DNA of 64,000 nt from NCBI GenBank assembly GCA_036399695.1, contig DASWMP010000345.1, forward strand, positions 1,478 through 65,477, given 5' to 3'. The notes under the pieces were generated by a model that had not been told where the DNA came from, searched no databases, and saw nothing but the letters and a program-made list of their open reading frames with translations. This document shows, piece by piece, positions 10,218-18,757 of this stretch (its first letter is position 1; each line of letters opens with the position of its first letter). Origin of the DNA: Thermoanaerobaculia bacterium (GTDB lineage Bacteria > Acidobacteriota > Thermoanaerobaculia > Gp7-AA8). The position numbers and the translations under genes were made by a program.

Positions 10218-10478
10218 TCAGACCTGATAGCAGGGAGTGCCTTCACACCGCGGGAAATCGCAGAACCATCCACCGTTTGCATACCGGTAGCAGGTCTGCC
10301 GCTCGGTGCAATCGGCCATCGAGCCCGAGCCCGTCAGCATCTCGTAACAATGCGCATGGCAGCTCGTCTGTGTCTGATCGCATCCGGTCTCACACACGTA
10401 GGAGCAGGCCAGCGCGACAGGACTGAGGCTGAAGCACGTGACGATCGCAAGGACGATGATCACTGACGGCCGGCGCAT
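10218..10478 (-). CDS. Small Cys-rich secreted peptide (86 aa; 12 Cys in the roughly 62-aa mature part)
   Basis: Perfect RBS GGAACGGAGGTAGAC before the ATG. Signal peptide 'MRRPSVIIVLAIVTCFSLSPVALA'. Mature part 'CSYVCETGCDQTQTSCHAHCYEMLTGSGSMADCTERQTCYRYANGGWFCDFPRCEGTPCYQV'. Its stop lies 16 nt before the start of the next gene. Confidence 0.6.
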   Translation of the reverse strand: MRRPSVIIVLAIVTCFSLSPVALACSYVCETGCDQTQTSCHAHCYEMLTGSGSMADCTERQTCYRYANGGWFCDFPRCEGTPCYQV

Positions 10479-10584
10479 GTCTACCTCCGTTCCAGAGGGT
10501 GAATCGCGTTCACATTGAGATGGAAAGATATCCTACTACCACTCTTCCTGCGGCAGTACGCCTCGTAAGACAGCGACAAGCCGT

Positions 10585-10660
10585 CTCGGAGTGCGGTGGC
10601 GCATAGCCACCGCTCTGGCACACGTGGGAGAGGAGCGGTGGCTCACCGCCGCCGCACTCG
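10585..10660. repeat. Two adjacent REP-like hairpins of family A
   Basis: ctcggagtgcggtggcgcatagccaccgctc and gagcggtggctcaccgccgccgcactc. Confidence 0.55.
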
Positions 10661-10664
10661 TAGA

Positions 10665-11207
10665 TCACTCGGTGATGCTTTCCTGCCGGAAGGTCGTTCT
10701 CAGGCCCAGTAGCGCGCGGAAGGTGGCCAGGTCGTTGTGCGGGACGGCGCGGCGGGGGATGTAGATTGCGCCGCCGGTGTCGATCAGGAGAAGAAACAGA
10801 TCCGGGGTCTCGAGGGCGGAGGCGATGTTGGTCCAGGGCAGGCGGAGCATGCTGCCGTCGCCGCCGATCGATTCTATGTGCTCGTCGGTGACGGTGCAGG
10901 AGAGCGTACCGGCGAAGGCGGGGCTGGTTTTCGTCACGGCTTCGATCTGTTTGCGCAGGCGGCGCGGCAGCAGGACGAACGCAAACAGGACGAAGAACAG
11001 CGCGGTGCCTGGAAAGGCAACGCGTGAGATCTCGCGCAACGGGCCGGGCGCCGCGACGCGCTCGATGGCGATCCAGACGGCCAGCGCGGCTACCGGAATC
11101 GTCACGCCGAGGATCGTCAGCGCGCGGCGGTCGCGCAGGTTCAGCTTCGACGCGAGTAAGCCGGCACGGAAGGCTTCGTCGCGATCGGCTTCGTACGTGA
11201 AGGTCAT
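10665..11207 (-). CDS. YcxB-like membrane protein (DUF-type, two TM helices)
   Basis: Start 'MTFTYEADRDEAFRAGLLA', 11 nt after the upstream stop. Two hydrophobic helices followed by a soluble C-terminal domain. The longer ORF extension is Arg/Gly-rich junk. Confidence 0.45.
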   Translation of the reverse strand: MTFTYEADRDEAFRAGLLASKLNLRDRRALTILGVTIPVAALAVWIAIERVAAPGPLREISRVAFPGTALFFVLFAFVLLPRRLRKQIEAVTKTSPAFAGTLSCTVTDEHIESIGGDGSMLRLPWTNIASALETPDLFLLLIDTGGAIYIPRRAVPHNDLATFRALLGLRTTFRQESITE

Positions 11208-11218
11208 CGCGGCGCCGC

Positions 11219-11614
11219 TCAGTTGATGAACTGCATGCGCGCCGGCCCCACGACGCGCAGCACGGCATCCTGCCGGAAGCGGCGTTTCCACGCCTCGGCG
11301 ATCTGGAGGAGGTGATCGTCCACACGCGCGTCGTAGCGATGCACCACTTCGATCACCAGCACCGTCTCGGTCACAGGCGCACCAGTGCGGTCCCGCCAAT
11401 AGCCCTCGGCGCGCCACATCGTGAAGCCTTCCGGCAACCGCGGCGTCACTTCCTCACGCACGAACCCGCGCCACTCCTGCTCCGACACTTCCCCGCCTCC
11501 GGGAATCGACAACCCGCAGAAAAGCCGGTCCGAGACGCCGGGCTGCATCACCGGCTGCTGGATGGACGAGCAGGCCGTCAGAAACAAGATCAGCAGGAGC
11601 GTGGAGCGTCGCAT
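11219..11614 (-). CDS. Lipoprotein (DUF3574-like)
   Basis: Lipobox 'LILFLTACSS'. Conserved-looking 'WRAEGYWRDRTGAPVTETVLVIEVV' region. Confidence 0.5.
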   Translation of the reverse strand: MRRSTLLLILFLTACSSIQQPVMQPGVSDRLFCGLSIPGGGEVSEQEWRGFVREEVTPRLPEGFTMWRAEGYWRDRTGAPVTETVLVIEVVHRYDARVDDHLLQIAEAWKRRFRQDAVLRVVGPARMQFIN

Positions 11615-11842
11615 GGCCGGTAGTGTAGCGCGTCGGCCTACCCGTGCAGGCAGACGCGAAACGTCGGGCTCGGCCGGTCATTCATCACAACCGCTCTGCG
11701 TCCACAGGTAGGGAAAACGCGGGTTCTGGCCCTCCTTCTATGACACCGCAATGAATTGGCTGTGCGTCGTGCGCTGCGCTCATCGGGACGCAGGTTGCTC
11801 GAAACGTGTGCGCGTCGATGCCCGTCAGGAGGCTATGGCCCA

Positions 11843-13066
11843 ATGAAGATCGAGATCCAGGTCAACAACAGTGTCAGCCCGAGTGCGCGATTCGTGTCGT
11901 GGGCGCCGTCGCCCTGCCGCGTGCGCATTACCGATCCGTCGGGGGCCACGGGGGCGAACGTCAGCGTGCAGATCGCCAGCACGTCGGCGGCCAGTGCCGG
12001 GGCGGTGGTGTTCCGCAAAGGGACGACGGGCGCGTTCGCGGCTACGTTGACGTTGCCGGTGCCGGCCAACGGCACGTCCGTCGCCTTTTTCACGGTCGGC
12101 AAGTTCGGGCGTCCGAGCACGAGCCCGGGCGACGTGAGAATTCAGGCGCGCGTCGGCACAACGGTGATCGAGACGGTGCCGGTCATGGTGCGGGTACGCA
12201 AGGACGCGAACACGCTCACGCCGGGAGAACGGGACCGCGTCGTATCGGCCTTCGCGCAGCTCAACAACCAGGGGACCGGCCGGTTCACCGACTTCCGCGA
12301 CATGCATACGAACGCGAGCTCGCCGCAGGCGCACGGCGCGGCGGGGTTCCTGCCGTGGCATCGCGCGTACCTGCTCGACCTCGAGCGCGAGCTGCAGGCT
12401 GTCGACGCGAGCGTGTCGCTACCGTATTGGCGCTTCGACCGTCCCGCGCCGAACCTCTTCACACGCGAGTTCCTCGGCGTCTCCGACAACCTCGGCACGG
12501 TGCGTTTCAGCCCCACGAATCCGTTGCAGTTCTGGCGAACGGACGGAGTGCAGGGCATCAATCGGCGGCCGTTCTTCAGTACCACCGTGGCGCCTCCGGG
12601 CCTGCTGAACGAGAACGACACCATCGGCCTCGGCACGCGCTACGCCGTCTTCCGGAACATGGAAGGCAACCCTCACGGCATGGCGCACACGAGCTTCGGC
12701 GGCTCGATTTCCAGCATCAGCACGGCCGCGCGCGATCCGCTGTTCTTCCTGCTGCACTGCAACGTCGACCGCCTCTGGGCGAAGTGGCAGCGCAAGAACG
12801 GGCGCTTCGATCCCGCGGTCGCGGCGTCGTACGACACACAGGCGTCCAACCCGATCGGCCACCGGCTCGGTGACACGATGTGGCCGTGGAACGGGATCAC
12901 GGGCGGACAACGGCCGCCGACCGCGCCTGGCGGTGCGCTGGCGAATTCGCCCGTCGTCACCGCGCCGGGCCCGCAGCCGCTCGTCCAGAGCAGCCTCGAT
13001 TACCAGGGCGCCGTCAACGCTCTGTCCCGCATGGGCTTCGACTACGACGACGTGGCGTTTGCGTAA
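11843..13066 (+). CDS. Tyrosinase (type-3 copper polyphenol oxidase) with an N-terminal Ig-like extension
   Basis: RBS GGAGG 11 nt before the ATG. CuA 'HTNASSPQAHGAAGFLPWHRAYL'. CuB 'HGMAHTSFGG...LFFLLHCNVDRLWAKWQRK'. No signal or Tat motif. Confidence 0.8.
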   Translation: MKIEIQVNNSVSPSARFVSWAPSPCRVRITDPSGATGANVSVQIASTSAASAGAVVFRKGTTGAFAATLTLPVPANGTSVAFFTVGKFGRPSTSPGDVRIQARVGTTVIETVPVMVRVRKDANTLTPGERDRVVSAFAQLNNQGTGRFTDFRDMHTNASSPQAHGAAGFLPWHRAYLLDLERELQAVDASVSLPYWRFDRPAPNLFTREFLGVSDNLGTVRFSPTNPLQFWRTDGVQGINRRPFFSTTVAPPGLLNENDTIGLGTRYAVFRNMEGNPHGMAHTSFGGSISSISTAARDPLFFLLHCNVDRLWAKWQRKNGRFDPAVAASYDTQASNPIGHRLGDTMWPWNGITGGQRPPTAPGGALANSPVVTAPGPQPLVQSSLDYQGAVNALSRMGFDYDDVAFA

Positions 13067-13081
13067 GCCAGAGGAGAATCA

Positions 13082-13951
13082 ATGACGACGACACGCAAGC
13101 GCCCGACCCGTTCATCCAAATCAGGCAAACTGGCGAAAGCCGCCAAGTCCGCGGCGTCCGGCGTGAAGCAGACGGTCAAACAACGCGTGGCCGCCATCGC
13201 GCAGAGTCCGCTCGCGGTGTGTGACAGCGACAAGGAGCTGCAGAAGACGCTCGACCTCCTGCGCGACGAGAACGAGCAGGTGCCGGTGCGCCTGGCCGCG
13301 CTGCAGTCGTTGCAGGCGGCGAGCTTCAGCGTCGTGGCCTTCGAGTCGTGCCGCGCCGACTACATCGGTACGCTGCGCGAGGTCGCGGAAGACCCCGATC
13401 CCGAGCTGCGCCAGCGGGTGCTCGGCATCCTCGCGCGGGAGAAAGACGGCTTCGCGCAACTGAAGCTCATCGAAGGGCTCGAGGACCCGTCGAAGGCGCT
13501 GGTCCCGCCGGAGAAGGCGCTGCAGTTGCTCAGCTACGACGTGCACGCGGAAGCGTACGCCGTGGCGCGCGACATCATCGCCCAGCCGCCGAACGAAGAC
13601 GCACGGCGCGAAGCCCTGCGCCTGCTCGCCGCCGATGCCACGGCCGCGCCGGTGTTCGAGAAGCTGTTGCGCGACAAGGACGAACAGGCGGAGATCCGCC
13701 AGCTTTCGGCCTCCGCGCTCCAGGCGCTGAAGCCGGAGAAGCTGCAGAGCCATGCACGCGAGATCCTGCTCGACGCGACGGACTACGACGAGATCAAGGC
13801 CACGAGTCTGACGGCGATGACGCAGTTCGGCGATGCCGCGTCGGTGGCGAACGACGACGAATTACGAGACACGGTCGATCAGATGAGTGCCGAGGCTTCA
13901 CCGAAAGTGAAACAGACGGCGAAGCGGTTCAACATCAAGTACAGCCGGTAA
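13082..13951 (+). CDS. HEAT/PBS-lyase-type helical repeat protein
   Basis: RBS GAGGAGAATCA before the ATG. Repeated 'xxVRxxALQSLxxxxD' helical units. Begins 16 nt after the tyrosinase stop. Confidence 0.5.
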   Translation: MTTTRKRPTRSSKSGKLAKAAKSAASGVKQTVKQRVAAIAQSPLAVCDSDKELQKTLDLLRDENEQVPVRLAALQSLQAASFSVVAFESCRADYIGTLREVAEDPDPELRQRVLGILAREKDGFAQLKLIEGLEDPSKALVPPEKALQLLSYDVHAEAYAVARDIIAQPPNEDARREALRLLAADATAAPVFEKLLRDKDEQAEIRQLSASALQALKPEKLQSHAREILLDATDYDEIKATSLTAMTQFGDAASVANDDELRDTVDQMSAEASPKVKQTAKRFNIKYSR

Positions 13952-13956
13952 TCGCG

Positions 13957-15597
13957 ATGACCGTCGCCGGCGTGGAGTCAGAAGCAACGTTCGCGGGACT
14001 GGTGGAGCGCCTGGTCGCCGATGCGGACCGTCGCGAGCAGTTGACGGAGCTGTTGCGGGAGGAGCATCCGCTCTACGAGCAGCGTGGCACCGCTACGACC
14101 GTCCGGATGCGCGGCTGGATTCTGCTCGCGCTGGCGCGCACGGGCGTGCCGGACGAGGCGCTGCTCTTCGTGCTCGAGGAGCTGGAGAGCGGCGTCGATC
14201 CGTATCTCGTGGCCGCGGCGGCGCGCGCACTTCGCAGCTATCCGCGGCCGAAAGCGGCGTTCGCGCCGCTCCTGCTGCGCGCGCTCGGGAACATCCGCTT
14301 TCGCGATGAACGGGTGTCGCTGGACCGGTATGGCGCATATGCCGTCGGGCCGGTCGGCACGACGCCTGTGCGTGAATTGCTGGCGACGCTGGCGTGGCTC
14401 GGCCCGCACGCGCGGGCGGTGCGTGCCGATCTGGAGTTGCTGCGGCAGGATCGCGGTCTCGCACGCAAGTACGGCGATGACCTGGACGCCGCGCTGGCGG
14501 CCATCCGCGGCGGTGACGATGCGGCAGAGCATGGCGCCGATTCCTGTTGCGAGCTGCCCGGCGGCATTCAGGGATCGCGCTGGTGGCCGTTCGCCAATCG
14601 TGCCGGCGCCGAGGACGTGGAGGGCGTCGGCTTCGAGGATCACGACGGGACGGCCAGCACATTCAAGGAGCTGTTCCGCGGTCGCGTCTCGATCGTGGTG
14701 TTCTTCTACACGCGCTGCGACAACCCGCTCAAGTGCTCGCTGACGGTCTCGAAGCTCGCGCGGGTGCAGCAACTGCTGGAGGAGCGCGGGCTGGCCGGCC
14801 GGATCGCGACGGCCGCGATCACGTACGATCCGGCCTTCGACGTGCCGGAGCGGCTGCGCGTGTACGGGAAGGACCGGCGGGTGCGCATGGATGGCGACCA
14901 CCGGATGCTCCGGGCGGTCGACGGCCTCGACACGCTGCGCCGCTACTTCGGCCTCGGCGTGAACTTCATCGAGTCGCTCGTGAACCGGCATCGCATCGAG
15001 GCGTACGTTCTCGACGCCGAGGGGCGCATCGCCGCGTCGTTCGAACGGCTGCAGTGGGATGAAGAAGCGTTGGTGGATCGCAGCGTCGCCGTCATGGAGG
15101 AGCAGCGCGAGACGGAACCGGAGGCGCCGGCGAAGGCTGGCTCCACGAAACGGAAAGTCGCGTTCCCGATGCTCGCAACAATGGCCAGCATCGCCCTGGC
15201 GTTCTTCCCGAAGTGTCCGGTGTGCTGGGCCGCGTATCTGAGCCTGTTCGGCGTCGCGGGGTTGAACCAGATTCCGTATTCGCCCTGGCTCCAACCCGCC
15301 ATCGCGGCGCTGGTGCTCGTGAACGTCGCCACGGTGTGGCTGCGCGGACGCGCGACGCGGCGGCTGACGGGGTTCTATCTCGTGACTGCCGGCGCGCTGG
15401 TGACGCTTTCGAGCGTGACGCTCGGGTGGAAGAGCGTCTCGGCGATCGGGATCATCCTGACGATGGCGGGTTCGCTCGTGAGCGCGCGACGGCTACAAAG
15501 CGGATCGGCGCCGTCGCGTGTCTCTCGCGCGCGTGGGTCAGGCGGCCTGAGTGAGGAGCTGCTGCCAAGGATCGCTGATCCCAAGATCCCGGGCTAG
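13957..15597 (+). CDS. Fusion protein: HEAT-like N-terminus, SCO1/SenC-like thioredoxin-fold domain, and a C-terminal multi-TM domain with a CPVC motif
   Basis: ATG 5 nt after the previous stop. SCO-like 'FEDHDGTASTFKELFRGRVSIVVFFYTRCDNPLKCSLT...ITYDPAFDVPERLRVYGK'. TM region 'ALAFFPKCPVCWAAYLSLFGVAG'. The longer track ORF from 13348 runs in an alternate frame across the previous gene. Confidence 0.5.
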   Translation: MTVAGVESEATFAGLVERLVADADRREQLTELLREEHPLYEQRGTATTVRMRGWILLALARTGVPDEALLFVLEELESGVDPYLVAAAARALRSYPRPKAAFAPLLLRALGNIRFRDERVSLDRYGAYAVGPVGTTPVRELLATLAWLGPHARAVRADLELLRQDRGLARKYGDDLDAALAAIRGGDDAAEHGADSCCELPGGIQGSRWWPFANRAGAEDVEGVGFEDHDGTASTFKELFRGRVSIVVFFYTRCDNPLKCSLTVSKLARVQQLLEERGLAGRIATAAITYDPAFDVPERLRVYGKDRRVRMDGDHRMLRAVDGLDTLRRYFGLGVNFIESLVNRHRIEAYVLDAEGRIAASFERLQWDEEALVDRSVAVMEEQRETEPEAPAKAGSTKRKVAFPMLATMASIALAFFPKCPVCWAAYLSLFGVAGLNQIPYSPWLQPAIAALVLVNVATVWLRGRATRRLTGFYLVTAGALVTLSSVTLGWKSVSAIGIILTMAGSLVSARRLQSGSAPSRVSRARGSGGLSEELLPRIADPKIPG

Positions 15598-16077
15598 CGA
15601 CGGTATGTCGATCGACGGCGGCCTGTGGCGCCCGAGGAGCGCCTTCAGGCGTAACGACGGAACAACGATCACGTCGGGGACGACCGTAGGATTCGCCGCT
15701 GCATCGCTCGTGAACAAGACGAAGACCAGGTAATGGTGCTTCCGTGCGCTGAATGGCTGAAGAAGCCACTTCGTCGTCCCGACCAGTGTCTGCACGTCCA
15801 GAGTCAGCGCCTTTCCCGGCGACTGCAGGACGGTGATGTCCACGCTGCCGGGATGCGCGTTCGTCAAACTCGCTTCGCCGCCCAATCGATGCAGCACGGA
15901 CAGTACGTGAAAACGAGCCGCAAGCTCGAGATGCCTGCCGCGGACGACCCATGCCGGCCGTGGCATCGTCAACGGCGGGACGTAGAGAGGCTCACCCCAG
16001 GCGGAGGAGTCAGCGAGATCGGCCAGCACCTCAGCTTCAATCTCGTCATCGCTGAGCTTACGTTTGCGTGAACTCAT
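15538..16077 (-). CDS. Hypothetical protein (179 aa), translationally coupled to the upstream BrnT-like gene
   Basis: Start 'MSSRKRKLSDDEIEAE' overlaps the upstream stop in an ATGA arrangement. No recognisable RHH or HTH. Its 3' end overlaps the convergent 13957-15597 gene by about 60 nt. Confidence 0.4.
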   Translation of the reverse strand: MSSRKRKLSDDEIEAEVLADLADSSAWGEPLYVPPLTMPRPAWVVRGRHLELAARFHVLSVLHRLGGEASLTNAHPGSVDITVLQSPGKALTLDVQTLVGTTKWLLQPFSARKHHYLVFVLFTSDAAANPTVVPDVIVVPSLRLKALLGRHRPPSIDIPSLARDLGISDPWQQLLTQAA

Positions 16078-16325
16078 AGATCCCAGCCGGTGATGAAACG
16101 TAAGTCGCGGCTACCTTCCACCACCACGATCAACTCGAGCGGCCTGCCGGCATCGGTACGCCCTCTCACGCGGTAGCGGTCGTCTGAACGTTTGTTCCGG
16201 ATGACGATGATGCCGTTCGCCATGACTTCCATGACATCGTACCTGCTGATCCCGTGCGCAGCCAGCTTCGCATCGTTGAAGGTGATGTCATAGTCGTCTG
16301 GATCGAAGCGTTCCCATCGGACCAC
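16074..16325 (-). CDS. BrnT-like (DUF497) ribonuclease toxin family protein
   Basis: 'FDPDDYDITFNDAKLAAHGISRYDVMEVM...RYRVRGRTDAGRPLELIVVVEGSRDLRFITGWD' matches the DUF497 pattern (F-WD, AK-HG-S-E, RfiaiG, G-llvvv, RIISAR). Confidence 0.5.
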   Translation of the reverse strand: MVRWERFDPDDYDITFNDAKLAAHGISRYDVMEVMANGIIVIRNKRSDDRYRVRGRTDAGRPLELIVVVEGSRDLRFITGWDL

Positions 16326-16401
16326 CTGCCGAGTATAACCTGCTCCAGGAGAGCAACTTGAAAGCGCCGCTCTTGCGAGCGGCGCTTTCCTTGCTGACCC
16401 A

Positions 16402-18138
16402 TTACACGGTCGGGCGGGTGATCGGGACGCGCGGTGGGGGTGGTTCGATCACGCCTTCGAGCAGCTTCGCGTTGATCGTGGCGCCTTCGCCGTCCTGGCG
16501 CAGGGCGCCCTGGTTCGTGACCGGGGCCAGGCGTTTCGTGGCGCGCTGTTCGGCGAGGATCGCCTCCAGGCGGGGGCGGACGGCGATCGATTCGGCGGTC
16601 TCCTGGCCGGGCCAGGCCAGATTCACCACCTCCAACTGATCCTCGCTGAGCTTGTACTGCTCGTACTGGTCGCGGACGCCGGCGTACTTCGTCTGGATCT
16701 GGTTGATGTTGGGGTTCGTGATGTTCGGGTAGGCGACGACTTCCTGGTCGTAGTGCACGTACTTCCACATGACGCCGTCGATCTCGACGACGATCGCTTC
16801 CACCTGGTTGGGGGCATCGACGTTCCGCCACTGGCGCTGGCCGGTGACCTGGCTGAGGCCCTGGGCCACGTCGTCGATGGTCATGAAGTAGACGGCCTGG
16901 CCCGGCTCGAGGTGCGCTTCGCCGCGGACGACGGGGGCGAGATCGCGGCCGACGAGGCGGCGCGTCTCGCCGTGAGTTTTCACCAGCTCGCGGGCCGTTT
17001 CTTCGGCATCGATGCCGGCCAGCCCGAGGAGCGTGGGGAGGAGGTCGGCGTGGGAGGTGAGGCCGTCGACCGTGCGCGCCGAATCCGTGACCGGCTTGCC
17101 GGTGATGATCAGCGGCACGTGGATCGTCTCCTCGTACGCCTGGTACCACTTCTGATGCATGCCGCCGTGGGCGCCGAGCATCTCGCCGTGATCGGAGGTG
17201 AAGACGACGATCGTGTCATCGGCGAAGCGGGAACGCATCAGCCGGTCGTAAACCATCGAGACGTGGTTCTCCGCCTCGACCTGCAGGTAGTAATAGAACT
17301 GCCGGTAGAGGTCGACCGTCGGCTGCGGGAAGAACATCTGCCCGTAGGTGTCGACATAGCTCTGCTGCGCGGTGGGCTTCGTCGAGAGGTTCTCGTGCTG
17401 CGTGGGCGGCGGCGGGATCGGCGGGACGTCCGCGTCCGTCGGATAGGGCAGGCCCCACGACTTCCAGATCAGGCCGAAGAAGACGATGTCGTGCGGGTTG
17501 ACGTACGAGTTGACGAGCAGCCACGGCTCCTCCGTCTCTTCGCTGTCGAGCCGGTCGAGCAGGGCCAGCGCTTCGCGGGCGTAGAGGGGGTCGCGCGTCC
17601 AGCCGCAGTTCGCCTGGTTGCTGCCGTGCGGCTCGGGGCCGATCCAGCCGTCGAAGCCGAACTTGTCGAGCCGGTTGGCCTGCTTGTAGAGGTTCGTGTT
17701 CTCGACGATGGGCGTGCCGTCCGCGGTGTTGGAGATCAGCGAGTTGTGCGTCCCGGGGATCTCGATGTCCTCGTGCGAGATGTGCCACTTGCCGCGGTAG
17801 TGCGTGCGGTAGCCGGCCGCGCGGAAGTAATCGCCGAGGGTCGGCACCATGTCGGGATCGAGCCAGTACATCCCGGGGTCGTACGTCGTCTTCCCGATCC
17901 CGTCCGTCTGGCTGACGCCATGCAGCGACGGATACTGGCCGGTGAAGATGGACGTGCGGCTCGGCGCACACGCCGCCGACTGCACGTAGTGCCGCGGAAA
18001 ATCGACGCCGTTCTTGCGTAAGGTGGTCTGGGCGCGGAGGTTCCGCTCCATCCAGCCCCGCAGCTCGGGCCCGTCGTAAACGGTGGGATAGCGCAGCTCG
18101 TCGACGAGGAAGAGAAGGATGTTCGGACGTTTTGCCAT
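16402..18138 (-). CDS. Arylsulfatase (formylglycine-dependent sulfatase)
   Basis: Start 'MAKRPNILLFLVDELRYP'. Signature 'SAACAPSRTSIFTGQYPSLHGV' (C-x-P-x-R). The long N-terminal ORF extension consists of translated repeats. Confidence 0.8.
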   Translation of the reverse strand: MAKRPNILLFLVDELRYPTVYDGPELRGWMERNLRAQTTLRKNGVDFPRHYVQSAACAPSRTSIFTGQYPSLHGVSQTDGIGKTTYDPGMYWLDPDMVPTLGDYFRAAGYRTHYRGKWHISHEDIEIPGTHNSLISNTADGTPIVENTNLYKQANRLDKFGFDGWIGPEPHGSNQANCGWTRDPLYAREALALLDRLDSEETEEPWLLVNSYVNPHDIVFFGLIWKSWGLPYPTDADVPPIPPPPTQHENLSTKPTAQQSYVDTYGQMFFPQPTVDLYRQFYYYLQVEAENHVSMVYDRLMRSRFADDTIVVFTSDHGEMLGAHGGMHQKWYQAYEETIHVPLIITGKPVTDSARTVDGLTSHADLLPTLLGLAGIDAEETARELVKTHGETRRLVGRDLAPVVRGEAHLEPGQAVYFMTIDDVAQGLSQVTGQRQWRNVDAPNQVEAIVVEIDGVMWKYVHYDQEVVAYPNITNPNINQIQTKYAGVRDQYEQYKLSEDQLEVVNLAWPGQETAESIAVRPRLEAILAEQRATKRLAPVTNQGALRQDGEGATINAKLLEGVIEPPPPRVPITRPTV

Positions 18139-18189
18139 ATGCCTCGGAGAGGCGCGAAACGGACATTTCCCTACCCGTCTTCGGTCGCG

Positions 18190-18620
18190 GTGCACGAGGA
18201 GGGCTCCGGGACCGATACGAGATCCGTTTCGAGTGATTCGAATGACTCGTTGAGTGATGGGAAGTCGGTTTCGAGTGACCGGAAAGCGGTGCCGAGTGAT
18301 GCGGGATCGACTCACAGTGATGCGCATTCGATTCGGCGTGATCCGGAATCGGCTCTGAGCGATCGGAAATCGGTTTCGAGTGTTCGGAAATCGATTTGGA
18401 GTGTTCGAGTCTCGTCCTGGAGACACTCGAAATCGGTTTTGAGTGTTCGAGTCTGGTCGGGAGGACACCGAAATTCGGTTTTGAGTGATCGATTCTCGGT
18501 TTGAGGACACTCGCAACACTAAAAACCGATTTCGGATCACTCAAAACGATCCAGTCTCGTCGGGAGGACACTGGAGATCGGTTTTTGCGTGTTTGTGTCT
18601 CGTCTGGAGGCACCGCGCAC
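18190..18620. repeat. AT-rich degenerate tandem array of roughly 21-bp units (GAAATCGGTTTCGAGTGATCG-like), becoming about 42-bp units distally
   Basis: At least 12 consecutive units such as gaagtcggtttcgagtgaccg / gaaatcggtttcgagtgttcg / gaaatcgatttggagtgttcg. GC content is markedly lower than in the flanks. Sits immediately upstream of the sulfatase start. Confidence 0.6.
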
Positions 18621-18757
18621 GTCCTCAGTCGAGGACAAGAGACTCGCGAAGTCTCGCGCGAAGCCTCGCGGGCCGTCTTCAAACGCGATAAAGCGCCGGC
18701 AAGCTGCCGGCGCTCCAACGCTCCGCGTGCACGTCCGACGCTGAGACAGCGGTGCGG

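Noticed and set aside
13348-13956. Upstream extension of the 749-aa ORF
   Set aside because: It runs in an alternate frame through the HEAT-repeat gene. A credible ATG sits 5 nt after that gene's stop.
16166-17149. 327-aa ORF in an alternate frame of the sulfatase
   Set aside because: It has a Pro/Arg-rich translation and overlaps the sulfatase gene, which carries the catalytic C-x-P-x-R motif in the other frame.
18139-18504. Ser/Asp heptad-repeat ORF on the + strand, and its - strand counterpart at 17216-18718
   Set aside because: They are periodic translations of the 21-bp repeat array. Composition is AT-rich and non-coding-like. They are retained only as a repeat feature.
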